A stretch of DNA of 64,000 bases from Rhizophagus irregularis (Eukaryota), in NCBI RefSeq assembly GCF_026210795.1, contig NC_089435.1, positions 1,860,001 through 1,924,000 of the forward strand, written 5' to 3'. Shown piece after piece: positions 37,381-50,099 of this stretch. The position numbers and the translations under genes are program-made. Positions within the stretch are counted from its first letter, which is position 1; every line of letters starts with the position of its first letter. Under the pieces are notes generated by a model. The model saw only the letters and a program-made list of their open reading frames with translations, was not told the DNA's origin and ran no database searches.

Positions 37381-39696
37381 AAGCGCAAATATTTATTGAT
37401 AAAAAACCATTTATCATATAAAAATAATAAATACTTGTTATTTCATGGGTATCAATGAATAACTGAAATATTCACCGGTGCGAGCATCGGTGTATGGAGT
37501 ATTTATTAAATATCTATGGATAATGGGTTTATCTCATTGTGTATGACGTACTGTATATATACATCGATATGGAGTTTATACTTTTATAATTTTTTTATAC
37601 CGGTGTGGTAATTTACAAAAAATCCATCTTTGTATACATACAGTAATACCGATGGGATAAAATATAAATCGAAATTTAAATTTAATTAAATTAAATTAAT
37701 TTTCAAGTTTTTTCATTAATGGTGACGATCTTTCTAGTAATAATATATCTTTTAATTAAAAAATAATTTTAAGAAATCTGATTTATGTATAATATGAATG
37801 AAATTTAAATTTAAAAAATCATTCCACTTAAACACAATATTATTAATGAAAAACTTAATAATGTATCTAATACACAAATATAATACATAATATATTATAC
37901 TTAGAATATTATACGAATAATTGATTCCATGATCGAGCAAATTTTGATCGACTACCCTAATGCCGGTCATAGTGCGGGCCAAAATTATTCTACAATGAAT
38001 CTTTTGATTAATTAAGCAATGATCTATTACATTATTACATGTGCAAATAAACGTGATCGAGTATATATTTTTAGGATTAAAATAAGTAAAATTGTTTTAA
38101 ACCCATTTTTTTTAATTCGAGTTACAAGTTTAATAGTATTATAACTATATAATATAATCGGATGAGTAGTTGAAATAAAAATATCGAATTTTTACATTAT
38201 TGCAGACCTTTTTTTTTATATTCATTAACGTAATGCTAATAAACACTATCGGTACGGGTGGTTTGCTTTTTAATATTTTAGATGTAGTTGCAGATTATAT
38301 CTAACTAATTATTTGTAAAACCTAATTGTAACTCAAGTTCGGAAAGGTAGATCATTTGCGACGTAAGAATCGCCATAATCCCATAATCAGATTATAAAGA
38401 TGGCGAAGAAGAAAACAGTCCCAAATGTCTTTATATACAGTACATGGACCTTTTGGTTTGGAAGTAATATAGCTTGTACTAATTTGTTTATTATTTAAAT
38501 AAAAAGGCTTTTTCCACAATCCAAGCGTATAATTAAAGCATAAATTATTATCAAATTAAAAAAAGTCAAAACTACAATTTATTTTCTTATTGTATTTATT
38601 GTAACGACGTAACGTAACGTCGTAACGTATACCGATACTATACCGATCGAGCCTTATATGATTATATAATTGATTAAATGTGATCGATTCAATCATTCAC
38701 TAATTGTGAAGAAAAATATATACTAGGACCCCGTAATATATATTAAAAGGTCAGAGGCAGCAAAAAAAAATTTACTATTAGTTATACGCATTTTTTCAGG
38801 GCCGGAATTATGGATAATTTCGGTCAGTATCCAAAAAAGGTAATATACTGTATTTCCGCTGGGAATTATCCATATAAGGAAAGATTTTCATAACTTTTTT
38901 GGCTAGTTGTACGAAGTTACAGTTTTTGATTTTTTACTGCGTTTAATAATGATTTTTATGTTTGAATGTTGAGATGATTCATTATTTACTATTGTTATTC
39001 TTTATATTGTCCAATATTTGATTATACTTTTTGTTCATTAATTTCTATCAATTCATAGTTTTGAAAGTTCTTTTTTTTTTGAGAAAGATAAGAATAAGAA
39101 TTCTTTCAACTGACACTTTTCAAGTATTAAGAAAATATTATGGACAAAAAATGTTAATATTGTTATTAAATATTCAACCGTTAAGGAATATCTTTGGCGT
39201 GTATTCTTAGGTTTGTAAATCTAATCATCATGAAGTCTAATGATTAAAATTCAAAGAAAATATTGAACAAGGCTTGATATTGTATCTGTATTGTATCATG
39301 ATTCACGAAATTTTCCTTCATAGGTCAAACCAAAAGGTACAAAATCGCCCCTGACGAAGCAATATCTAAATATCTAAAATATATACATACATACATACAT
39401 ATATATGTCTTTTAAAAGTTCTGCTAAGCATTTGCATTTTTCTATAAATTTAAAAATTCTATGCAATTTTATTATTAATAAGAAATATTCTTCTTATAAT
39501 TTTAAAATTCGTAAAAAAAAAAATTTTTAATATTCGATTGCATAAGTCACATGATATATGGACAAAGAAAATTTTTATAGTAAAATAATCCTGCAATTCG
39601 ACATTATGACAATTCGTACTCAAGGATTAGATGATGCCGCAGTTTAAAATATAAATGTCGAAATAATAGCCGTGCGTATAAATTTTCCGTCATGAT

Positions 39697-41596
39697 AAAA
39701 AACTCTTCCTTCAAAAATTAAAAAACATAACAATTCCGCAGTAAAATTTTAATTTTATTTTACTCAGTTTTTTATTAAAATGGAAGATACAAGAAAAATA
39801 CAAATAGCCGAAAATAAGTTTCCTATGCTTATTATGGGTGATGAAAATAGGTTTTTAAAAACTACATATTTCCAATATATACAATATTGTGAAAGTCTTA
39901 GTGCTTCATTTTTTAAGGGACGTTCAACAGAAGTTCAAAATAATATTTTAAAAGCAAATTTTGGATTAACAAATGAAGACATACTCAGTTGGGAGAATAG
40001 AGCCTCTCGTTACCAAATGACTCCTCAAAGTTTCTCATTTTTTTTACATGTTGCTATGTACTCTGCTTCTCATGGTTTTAACGCAGTATATGATGGGATA
40101 CAACAGAGATATGCTGAAAGAAAGCAAATAATGAATGTTGTGAGAAAACATGAGGATAAGTCTAAAAAAAGAAAGGCTAAAAAGAATAAAAAGAAAAAAC
40201 ACCAAACTGTTGATTCTGATTCTGATCCATTAACAAATGATGAATCAGATGATTATATGCGAAATACTGTTGATGATGATGATCAAATAGGTGATGATCA
40301 AGATGTTAATATAAATCGGTCGATTGCGGATGCCTCTGGATCTCAATCACATGTTGATCAACCTTTTGATATGGACGTCACACCAGTAGAACCAGTATCT
40401 AATCTGGATGTTACAATGCCTCAGCCGCAGCTATTACAACAACCAGATAATAATTTATCTAATTTGACAAAATCTTCGAATAAAAAAAAGAAGTCAAATA
40501 AAAATATAATTCAGCAAGTTATTACAGGTCATAAACCAGGTGATGATGGTACATCACAAGTCAGAGACATTTTGGTTTATGATATCCCAGTATCCTGGAC
40601 GCCAGAAGAAATTCTGCAAAAGTTAACATTTTGGGGGAATACTATCTCATTACAAATGAAACAACAAAAGAAATACCAAACAGTTCGTTTGAAGATAGAA
40701 TTAAATTCTTTGCGTCTTACCCAGTTCGAAGGTAATGATGATCCTGTTTGGACTACGGATTTAGGGGGGATACCGGTTCGATGGTTTCCAGCAAGGTGGA
40801 CACTCAAAGAAAGAAAACAACGTGAGAAGTTCCAAGCTACAATTCGAAAAATTCCAGAATCGATGACGATAGCAGCCTTATGGAAAGACCATTGCCCACA
40901 TTCATTCCTTTCTGCGATTAAGGGTTTGAAAAGCTTTAAAATTATACAGACTGCAAGGGGGGATCGTAAACTTATTGGTTATTTTGAAAAGTGGGTTGAT
41001 ATGCGTACAGCATTAGATAATCAATTTGATTGGGAGCAATTGCACCTGTCTTGGAATCGACATGATTCTCCATCGCAACGAACAAGGTCATTTGGTAATA
41101 ATACCAACAAGGACCGGCAACGAACTTCAGGAAGTCGACAGACTGATAAAAGTAAACAGAATTCTAAGAATTCTAAAAAGAAACCACAAGAGGCAAAATC
41201 TGAGAAGCATAATAAGCAGAAGAAAGATAAGTCCCGTAAAACATCACGATCAAAGGTCTTAGCGGAAATTTTAGATGTTTTACGTAAATTAATTTAGGAT
41301 ATACTAAATTTTTTTAGGTTTTAGAATAATTTTCTTTTTGTTTTATAGTGTGTTTTTTTTTAGAAAAATATTTTTGATCTAGTCACCAAAGGATGTACGA
41401 ATACCGGTAGGGTGCTTATGCATGTGAAAGTATTTGGGCAGGCATGACGGTAGATAGTTCTTTTGAACATATATTCTTAAGTCACCATTTTTTTTTATTA
41501 GTTTTTATTCGATCTTGTATTTAAACTAGATTAGTTCAATTTTGTATATTTTTCTTTTATAATAAATATTGTCCTTTGTTTAAAAAAAAAAAAAAA
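39697..41596 (+). mobile_element. ORF1-only non-LTR retroposon with poly(A) tail and 18-bp TSD
   Basis: TAAATTTTCCGTCATGAT at 39679-39696 and 41597-41614. A15 tail at 41582-41596. AATAAA at 41561. One intronless ORF. Confidence 0.9.
39780..41297 (+). CDS. LINE ORF1-like nucleic-acid-binding protein (RRM-like), 505 aa
   Basis: Intact ORF. RRM-like segments DILVYDIP..EEILQKLTFWG and ATIRKIPES..KLIGYFEKW. Lys-rich and acidic linkers. No RT or endonuclease motifs. Confidence 0.7.
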   Translation: MEDTRKIQIAENKFPMLIMGDENRFLKTTYFQYIQYCESLSASFFKGRSTEVQNNILKANFGLTNEDILSWENRASRYQMTPQSFSFFLHVAMYSASHGFNAVYDGIQQRYAERKQIMNVVRKHEDKSKKRKAKKNKKKKHQTVDSDSDPLTNDESDDYMRNTVDDDDQIGDDQDVNINRSIADASGSQSHVDQPFDMDVTPVEPVSNLDVTMPQPQLLQQPDNNLSNLTKSSNKKKKSNKNIIQQVITGHKPGDDGTSQVRDILVYDIPVSWTPEEILQKLTFWGNTISLQMKQQKKYQTVRLKIELNSLRLTQFEGNDDPVWTTDLGGIPVRWFPARWTLKERKQREKFQATIRKIPESMTIAALWKDHCPHSFLSAIKGLKSFKIIQTARGDRKLIGYFEKWVDMRTALDNQFDWEQLHLSWNRHDSPSQRTRSFGNNTNKDRQRTSGSRQTDKSKQNSKNSKKKPQEAKSEKHNKQKKDKSRKTSRSKVLAEILDVLRKLI

Positions 41597-43639
41597 TAAA
41601 TTTTCCGTCATGATCATTTTGCGTAACCACTATCAAATTAATTAATCATATTGATATTCATTCATTCCTTGACGAACAAAAAAGATTCTGTCTAAATGAA
41701 TTAGCAATAGATTACAAATTTTGACGGATAAACCTTCCCGCTTCGCTTTCTTTTTTGTTCTTTAAAAAAAAAAAATCACTCCCAATCATTTCATTGTAAT
41801 GACAACCAATAATAAAAATCATTATAATAATAATAAACTAATGATCATTAAATGACATCTTAGAAAAAAAAAATTATGTTGATCATGAATATTCGTAAAA
41901 GAAAGAAAAAAAAAAATTTTTTAACCTATCGAGAAAAAACAAAGTTACGTCATTTTGTATAAAAAAAATTGATTTATATTATTATAATTGGTTAAACAAT
42001 TATTGTTTCAAAATGATCATACCAATAAATAAATGATCATTTGTCTAACCCCTTAAAATTCATTTAGAACCAAATTCGGTTAATCAAATCACTTAAATCA
42101 CTTTATAAACATGACCAAATTTATAACTTTTAATAAAAACCAATATTATTAATATTATTTATTACAATGAAAGAAATAGAAATTATAACAAAGTGACATT
42201 GAAATTAACAAAGTTCATCCAATCCATTTTTTTTTTTTTTGAAAATGTTGTATTATAATATATATATTTTTTTTTAATATAATGAAAAAAATTAAAATGA
42301 TGTCGGTCTCACCCTCAATGATGAAAGAAATTGTTGTTCGACGAATAATTTTATCGAGTTTCACAAACATATTAATATTATACATTATTATTATTTGGAT
42401 CTTTATATTGATCTCGTGAGAATATTTGTAATTTTTTACTAATCTAAATAACTAAATGTGGATTTGTTTATAGGAATTGTCACTTTGATTTATATTATAC
42501 GTACTTTCATTCGTTGATACAATACTTGATTCTAGTTACCAAATTTTATTTATTTTATTGAATAGGAAATTACAAACTTACATTCTTTGTTGTTTTCTAA
42601 ATTTGGGACAAAAAAAAAATACATTTTCAATATTAAAAAAGAATTATTTGATATCAATTTTAATATATGTATTCGTCATATAAAATTATTTGGGGTTTGC
42701 GTATTTTAAAGTAATCAAAAACATTATTCAACTGAAAACTCTGCATAATGGTAATGTAAATGCTGCGCATCTTAAAATCGGATTTAATTCCGTGCAAGTC
42801 GTGCATTATCTCGCATAACTTGATAATCACTTTGCTTTCGCTCCATTTCCGATATGCCAATCTTAATAACGATTCATTTTAATTTTAAGTCAGCAACACT
42901 AGAACAAAATGAACATGGCAAGGCCGATTAGGCACATACTGAATTATGCGTTTAAAAGATTAGGCGCAATTGAAATGAATAATAATTATAGATGTTCTAA
43001 CCATATAAGTTTTAAAATACGTGACCAATAATAAAGTCGAATCATAATAAATTAGGAAATTAACGTGGAAAAAAAAAATAATTTTTTTTTTTTTACGTAT
43101 CACAAAAATTTAAAATATGGAACTCATGACTTATTAAAAATTTACAACAAATAATATGCAAGTGATCGAAAAGTTGAAAGATGTTTCCTAAAAAAGAAAA
43201 TTGTAATAGTAAAAATTTTTTTTTTGTTGTAACATTTAAGTATTTATCCCCAACATTTCTTATTATTTGAAAAACACTACATTCAAAAAAGGAATCCCGT
43301 CAAAGTTTAGAATTACACAGAATGTTTATGCAAATATTTTTATATTCGGAAAAATCGGACAACTTTAAACCAGAATTTTTTAATATCTCGTAAATCCCGT
43401 ACGGCCGTACCACATAAAAAACTATTACAAAATTATTACATCATTGACTTTGTTATACCTTTTTTTTTTACTTTCGAATCGAATAATAACAAATGAAATA
43501 ATAACATTTTATCATGACAATATATATATATATATACTTTTCCTATATTTTCAAATTCTAATAAAAAGGCTTGAAATTTTAACATGTTTTCAATTTAATT
43601 TATGTCCTTTTTTTCTCATTTATTAACCTTTTACGAGAT

Positions 43640-44329
43640 ATGGACAATAATTCATTATCGTATTTTGCTTCGACGTTTGAACCTTCTGTATTTATAATAG
43701 ATGGTCATTTTTACGTTAATATACCGATAGCTGGAATTTATAATCATCGTTTAGAATCTGAGAAATATGAAAAATATAAAACTCTCAATAATTTTTGTTT
43801 GTTCCGAATTTTATGTCAATCAAAATTGACTAAAACAAATAGTAAGAATGTTTCCATTGCTGCTTCTGACCTTTGGAAATATGTTTCTCAAGATTTTAAA
43901 GATAGTTTGCAAAGATATTGTGATTATATAAAATCCAGAAAAAACACGTTCCATTTTAAAGGATTATACAATCGAAAGGATTATAACAAACCTCGTAATT
44001 GGAAGAAAAAACCTAACGAAACTAATGAAATTTTACCGGAAATACGTTGGATTCAACGTGAAGAATTTATGAATCAATATTTTCAAGATGAAATAAAAGA
44101 ATTAAATTTCGTTGAAACAGAACCTTGTAATTTTAATCCTTCTCAATATTATAATATTATTTACGACGCAAGAAAAGCCGAATTTGTAGATAAACCTAAA
44201 AACTCTTTCTTATCAAGTATCAACAAACAATCGCAAGATATTAAAGAGTTGAACTCTAAACAAGATGATAATGTTAATAACGCAAAAGTCTTATCTGATA
44301 AATTAATGTTAAGTATGATGAACGTATAA
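43640..44329 (+). CDS. HMG-box protein (MATA_HMG-like), divergent
   Basis: LNNFCLFR...KNVSIAASDLWKYVSQDFKDSLQRY fits the N-x-F-x-x-F-R / S..W..K HMG pattern. Confidence 0.65.
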   Translation: MDNNSLSYFASTFEPSVFIIDGHFYVNIPIAGIYNHRLESEKYEKYKTLNNFCLFRILCQSKLTKTNSKNVSIAASDLWKYVSQDFKDSLQRYCDYIKSRKNTFHFKGLYNRKDYNKPRNWKKKPNETNEILPEIRWIQREEFMNQYFQDEIKELNFVETEPCNFNPSQYYNIIYDARKAEFVDKPKNSFLSSINKQSQDIKELNSKQDDNVNNAKVLSDKLMLSMMNV

Positions 44330-45123
44330 ATATATAATCATAGATTTATCGTAAAATTATTTTTTCAATTTTTTTTCAATGGAATACGGAAATAATTATG
44401 GTTAAAATTAAGGTTACTTTTTAAGGTTTCTAAGATATATATATATATATGATTAAAAATTTTAAGCTTAAATAAAGATTCATTTCTAAGAAATATTTAA
44501 ATGAAATTTAATATTGCAAATGTGTAATTCCTGTGCGAATTTTAATTCTAACAAAGTATTATAAAATAAGTTACGCGTATTACAATTTAACACTCCTCGT
44601 TATCATTATTTATTTAGATATCCGTCCGGAATTTTGTACGCGATTTCATCACTTTTTGGTATTGAATGATTAATATATTAAAGGAAATATTACCAATAAT
44701 ACCGATAATTATTTACTCTCATATAACTGTCCTCGTTATTCAGCGTTATCCAGATCAATCTTTTTAAATAAAGTAACTAGAAAGGATTGATTAAATACCG
44801 CCCTAGTGGAATTGTACTGACTCCCATTCTATTTTTTGGTAACAACTAACAACTCATTGAAAAATTTTAACCACTATTGAATAATTTCACTACTATGAGG
44901 CACTATCGAGTTTGAAGATGCTCCTGAAGCCTGAAGGCATCAGATTCGCCTCACTTACCATTTCTTCGTGACGTTAACCAATATAAATACCACCGTACAA
45001 TATATTCAATAACTGCAACAACTGCCACAGGATTGATAGTTGCACCAGAATCTACGTTGGTGTATAAATACTGCATGAATAAGACCAAAATGTTTAATTG
45101 ATGAAAGAATTAAAAACAAAGGA

Positions 45124-45331
45124 CCTTATAGAAAAAGTATATACGTTTTTATGCTGAAAGACCTCACATGATACGTTTTTTCAATATAATTTCATATGAA
45201 AAGCGTATCTTGCGAGATACGGAAAAGTGCACAATTCCGTATCTCACAGATCTCACAGTATAAAAAAGTGCCCAAACGTATCTCTCAGTATACAAAACGT
45301 ATAAAAAGCGTATCCACTTTTTTTTATAGGG
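45124..45331. mobile_element. MITE, CCCTATAAAAAA family
   Basis: CCTTATAGAAAAAGTATATACGTTTTTAT / ATAAAAAGCGTATCCACTTTTTTTTATAGGG. Central palindrome GATACGGAA-AAGTGCACAA-TTCCGTATC also at ~57437. Confidence 0.7.
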
Positions 45332-45412
45332 AGAAACTTATTTCATATATTTTTACCGGTGCGTGTTTACGTTTACTAAAAAATGCAGATGGAAGCTAAT
45401 TTATCATGATGA

Positions 45413-45604
45413 CCCTGTAAAAAAAGTCGATCCGTTTTTAATATTCCATCTTTTTTTTCCGTAAAAGGTTCGTATTTCCGGAATTAATAACCTTATATCA
45501 CGGAATTTATCAAATTATTTACATTTTCCGTGAATGGATCCGTGAAACTCATTTTTATAGAGTTTTTACAGAAATAAAAGTAACGGATAAAATTTTTTAT
45601 AGGG
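45413..45604. mobile_element. MITE, related CCCTRTAAAAAA family
   Basis: CCCTGTAAAAAAAGTCGATCCGTT / AACGGATAAAATTTTTTATAGGG. Confidence 0.6.
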
Positions 45605-45819
45605 CGAATGTGGCTCTTATAATACCGTAAATCAATACAAAGCTATTGAAAGCTATGTAATAACAAAAGGATAAAGGATAAAAAGAGTTTAAATAATATT
45701 TGTTTTTTCATAATCATTAGTTCTTATAATGGTATAATGGTAGTGTTGCTACTATCCCAGCGACCGATTAAATCGTTAAGCGCTTGCTAAGTTATCATGC
45801 CATTTTTCTATAGAAATAC

Positions 45820-45909
45820 TGTGATTGGACGATCTACAATCACGTTATATTAATTTTACTGTGCGAAAAAATATGTTAATATAACGTGATTGTAGATCGT
45901 CTAATCACA
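45820..45909. repeat. Near-perfect hairpin (34-bp arms, 22-nt spacer)
   Basis: TGTGATTGGACGATCTACAATCACGTTATATTAA and its inverse, 33/34 identical. Confidence 0.9.
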
Positions 45910-47899
45910 TGGTACGAATAACAGCCGCCTTGATTTTTCTTCGTGAATATTTCAGATCAGAATTTTTAAAGCTAAATCATAGATTAAAAAATACAGAAAT
46001 GATACTCTTAATTTATGCAACATCAAACGTAATAATTAATACGGCGAATTTATTTTATTTAGTTCTTTTATTCAATTAATTTTGCATAGAAAAAAATTTT
46101 GAACTCATCAAACAAGCTTTCAATCCAATTACTCGAAGATTTTGTACATGAATCGCCCGAGTTCGCAAGATTCACACTACATTTGTCACACTACATTTGT
46201 GGACAATGCCTAGCCTTTCCGTCCTTTTGATCATTTAATGCCATATTTTATAACACATTTTTTTTAAACGGTAATACGGTAATACGATGAGGATTATTTG
46301 AGTTTGCTTACAAAGCTCCTTAACAAAGTTCACAGCCCAGATCCAACCCAATGCTGCAAAGCCTTTGTTTTGTAGTCTTGAGTAAGGCACGACCTGTAAC
46401 CTTTTGCTTGCAAATTTTTTCCCAATCAACTTTCCCGGCAAGACGTGGTGCCCTTCTTTGCCATAATAGAAATACAAGCTTGCGGTGATTTCAAACAAAA
46501 AAAAGACAGTAATAACATTATAAAATTTGAAGGAACAAATGATACTAAATCTCATTTTTATTATTAACAGTAGGTATAGCAAAAGGACATATTAAAAAAT
46601 AAAATAGAGTTACATAATTTGTAACAAAACGCTAAACTTTTTACCTAAATTACGATTTACGACTCAAATTTACTTGGAAAAAATTTACAATATGACTATG
46701 ATTCTACTTTTTTTTCTGATTTGCATTTGTCCTACTTCAAGTTCTTTCGTCCCTCGATTAAATGCTTAAAAAAATCATTTTCTTCAATTAAAAAAAATAA
46801 ATTAATATAAAGATCAATTAAATAATTTTAACCAAAAAGACTACGAAATTAATAATTCATACCTCATTCTTGGCAATATACATATTCTAAGAATTAAATT
46901 CAATTAAGTTCGTGCATCATGTTAGGGACGGTTGGATATTCTGTGGCTCATCTTTAGTATGCTCAAAAAGTTGAAGATTTTGTCGCACCTATTTTACAGG
47001 ATTTTGAACTTTTTGGTTGGGTACATCTTATATTTAATAAAATAAAAACAAAAGTGGTTAAATTACATAACGCATATTATAATATAAAAATATAAAAAAA
47101 AATTATATGAGAAAACATACTCATATCTTATTGCTTAATATAACTAACTGCGTTTCTTAAATCAAGTTGCAACTCCTTAAATTTTGACCTTCAAATTGTT
47201 TTTTATTCATCCCATTGAAAAGATCACTAAACTCTTTACATGTTAATAAATATGATTGGATTTTAGCAGTTGATTAAATTTATCAACAACAATTAAATTT
47301 GTTTATTAATTTACAATTACCCACTGTCCTTTTTATTTACGTACACAAATGGAAATGAAGTAATCTTTTAATTCAGTCTTGTATAACATCAAAAGTTCTT
47401 GATTTCGTTGAGATATGAGTTTTTGGTCTTAAGTATAAGGATAACTATGATAAACTGTGGATAAAAATGAAATTTAGGTTAGAAAACTTCTAAAGGGAAT
47501 GAAAGTACAAAGAAAATGAAGGAAAATAATTCCTATAAAGAATACAGAGGGAGAGTAGCTTCTAAAATAAAAAAAAAAACTTGAAACTCTACCTTTTTCC
47601 ATTAATTTTAGGATCATTATAGTGTGATAAATTATTTTTTACAAAGCGAGATATAAATTGTGGCTTCGCCTTTAAATGTTCAATGATCACATTACCGTGT
47701 GTAAAATTATTCGTATTTTATACTGCGTCATGAATAAAAATTATTTATGACGCATTGCTACCGTGACTTTAACGTGTAAATCAGCTTTATATGGGAGTTG
47801 ATCAAGTTTTATCATATGATCGATGATATAAATGCGAGTCTATCATCATCATAAGCCACCAGATTTTTTTTCCTTGAAAAATATCGTTGAACGTTACAA

Positions 47900-48508
47900 A
47901 TGGGAACACACAGTATTGTCCTTATTCGTGAACGTAAACCTAAAAGAAGAGAAACAAGTTTGCTAGGCGGACCAGCTAGAAGTAAATACTTTTATGAATA
48001 TTATGTTTGTGTTTATTTACACTTTGATGGATATGTCGAAGGTGGTGTGGGTGAATGGTTGGCTAATTTTCTCCGCAAATTTGGACAAGATTGTTCAACA
48101 CAAAATGATTCAATGATTCAAACTTATGCTGATACCGGCCTCCTTGGGGCTAAATTAATTAACGCCTTCTATTCGAGTAGTAAGTTGATTATGAATCCAC
48201 GTCTTGTTCCTATCGAGTCCTTGGAAAACATGTTCCAAGTTGATCACGAATATGCGTACATTATTACTACCTCGTACGATGAAAATGTTGGTATAAATGA
48301 TAAATCCATCATGTTAAGTGTATGCGACAATAAAGATTTTATTTTAACTGCACGACCGGAGAAGTTTGTGGAAAAGTACTCGTATTATATGGAACAGATG
48401 GAAAAAAATAAGAAATCATTTGCAGAGATCAATTATGATGATGAAGTGGAAAAAGAAGGGTATCTTTCAGAAGATCAACTTCTTATCGAATTTCTAAAAA
48501 CCCATTGA
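47900..48508 (+). CDS. Hypothetical protein, 202 aa, with MGTHS...YLHFDGY..GVGEWL motif
   Basis: Intact single-exon ORF with coding-like composition and an upstream TATATAAA (~47827). Confidence 0.8.
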   Translation: MGTHSIVLIRERKPKRRETSLLGGPARSKYFYEYYVCVYLHFDGYVEGGVGEWLANFLRKFGQDCSTQNDSMIQTYADTGLLGAKLINAFYSSSKLIMNPRLVPIESLENMFQVDHEYAYIITTSYDENVGINDKSIMLSVCDNKDFILTARPEKFVEKYSYYMEQMEKNKKSFAEINYDDEVEKEGYLSEDQLLIEFLKTH

Positions 48509-50099
48509 TAATACAATGGGTTCTAGCATGATTACAATAGTAAAATGTAATCAGAATTTAAATCATATATAGTATTATAGCAATAATTATTATTATTATT
48601 TTTTGTTTAGCTCATGAAAGCAGATAAATATTGTCATTTTTTACTTTAAATAGTTGTAATTCTTACTAGCACATTTGAAATGAGATTGATATTACAATAA
48701 ATATTTATCTTTGATAATTTTGCTATATTATAATAGTAACGATTTATGTGGTTAACTGTCATTCTTATTTCTAACATCGTAACGCTATAATTGGAGTTAA
48801 TACGTAAAATTGGTTCGTTCTAGTATTGATTGTAACTAAAATTAAATATTCAATTGATATGAATACTAAGATTTAACGTGATATACGTGTCAGATCGATG
48901 AATTGTTACATGGCCAAAGCGTTTATACCGATTAAAAAAAAAAGGAAATTGTTGTTAAATGAATATAATCAAAGTTTATTTGCATAATTTTGAAGATGAG
49001 AATTAAATAATATACAGAATTTTTAATGTAATGAAATTGGAAATTACGTGTAATTAATTATTAATGACTGAACAAAATTAAAAATCTATAAAGAAAATTA
49101 TAATAGAAATCACGTAAATTACCATTCTTTAAATTTCACATTTATTATAAAATTCTGCTTCCTCATTATTTGAAATCATTATATAATTTTTATATTATAA
49201 CGAAAGTAGATAAAAAATTTCCCCCCTCGCTCTTTCATTTTATGGTGAATGACAATCCAACTTTTTACATCCTATCATTTACCATTACAATTTAAAATCT
49301 CTGTGTTAATAAGTGAGTTTACTCGAAATCAATAATTAATTGTTAATCCTATAAAATATTTTTAAAAAAATATTTTTTTAAAAAAAAAAAATTATGATTT
49401 AGTTTTCTGAATCTAGCATCACAATCTCACGCTCCTGATCATAGATTAAGAATGATAACTTACGTTAAAATATAAAAAATATAACAAATTCAGACATTGA
49501 CCACCATCCTGTTTGTTACTAAATTTAATTGATTTCATTTTTCATAATAAAATTTTTCTTTATTAAGTAATAGTTGTTAGTAACGTGTAATTTTTGTTAA
49601 CCTGCTGTGAAATAATAAATATTTACAGTTTATTAGTAAGATAATAGGAATAAAAGTAAAAAAATTATGACTAATCTTTGCATTAATTTAAAATCAGTAT
49701 AAAGAATGATCTGATACTGTGGTAAACGGTGCACGCTCTAAACTATTGAAATTTTATGACACCTTCACTTTTTTGGACGAGAATCTCACTTGAAAAAATT
49801 TATTTAACGCGTCTTAAAATTCTTTCTATTGTGGAACTTTTTTTGAATTTTCTTGGAAGTAAGCGGTTTAAAAAAAAAAAAGAATTATTAAAGAAATGTT
49901 ATTAATGTATACATTTTAATCCTGTCACCTTAACTATAAACGCTCCATGACTCCATGACTCCAATATAAGTATTTTTGTATTAAAAGATCGTATAATTCA
50001 ATTCCCATGAATTTTATTGAGTTTTAGGCAAATGAAAAAAATAAAAGAATTGGTAAATCAGTTTTGGTGGTTTCCAACAAGAACGTGTAGTTTGTGTCC

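Noticed and set aside
37185..37665. Imperfect inverted CCCATCGG ends and an internal CACCGGTG...ATCGGTG palindrome, Crypton-like
   Set aside because: Matches too short and degenerate, with no recombinase remnant or second copy.
40577..41262. Overlapping ORFs 40577-40807 (-) and 41026-41262 (+) as an ORF2
   Set aside because: Short shadow frames of the 505-aa ORF without RT or endonuclease motifs.
46150..47400. Minus-strand exon-like fragments, including ORF 46235-46582
   Set aside because: Splice-like signals exist, but no open gene model or recognisable domain could be assembled.
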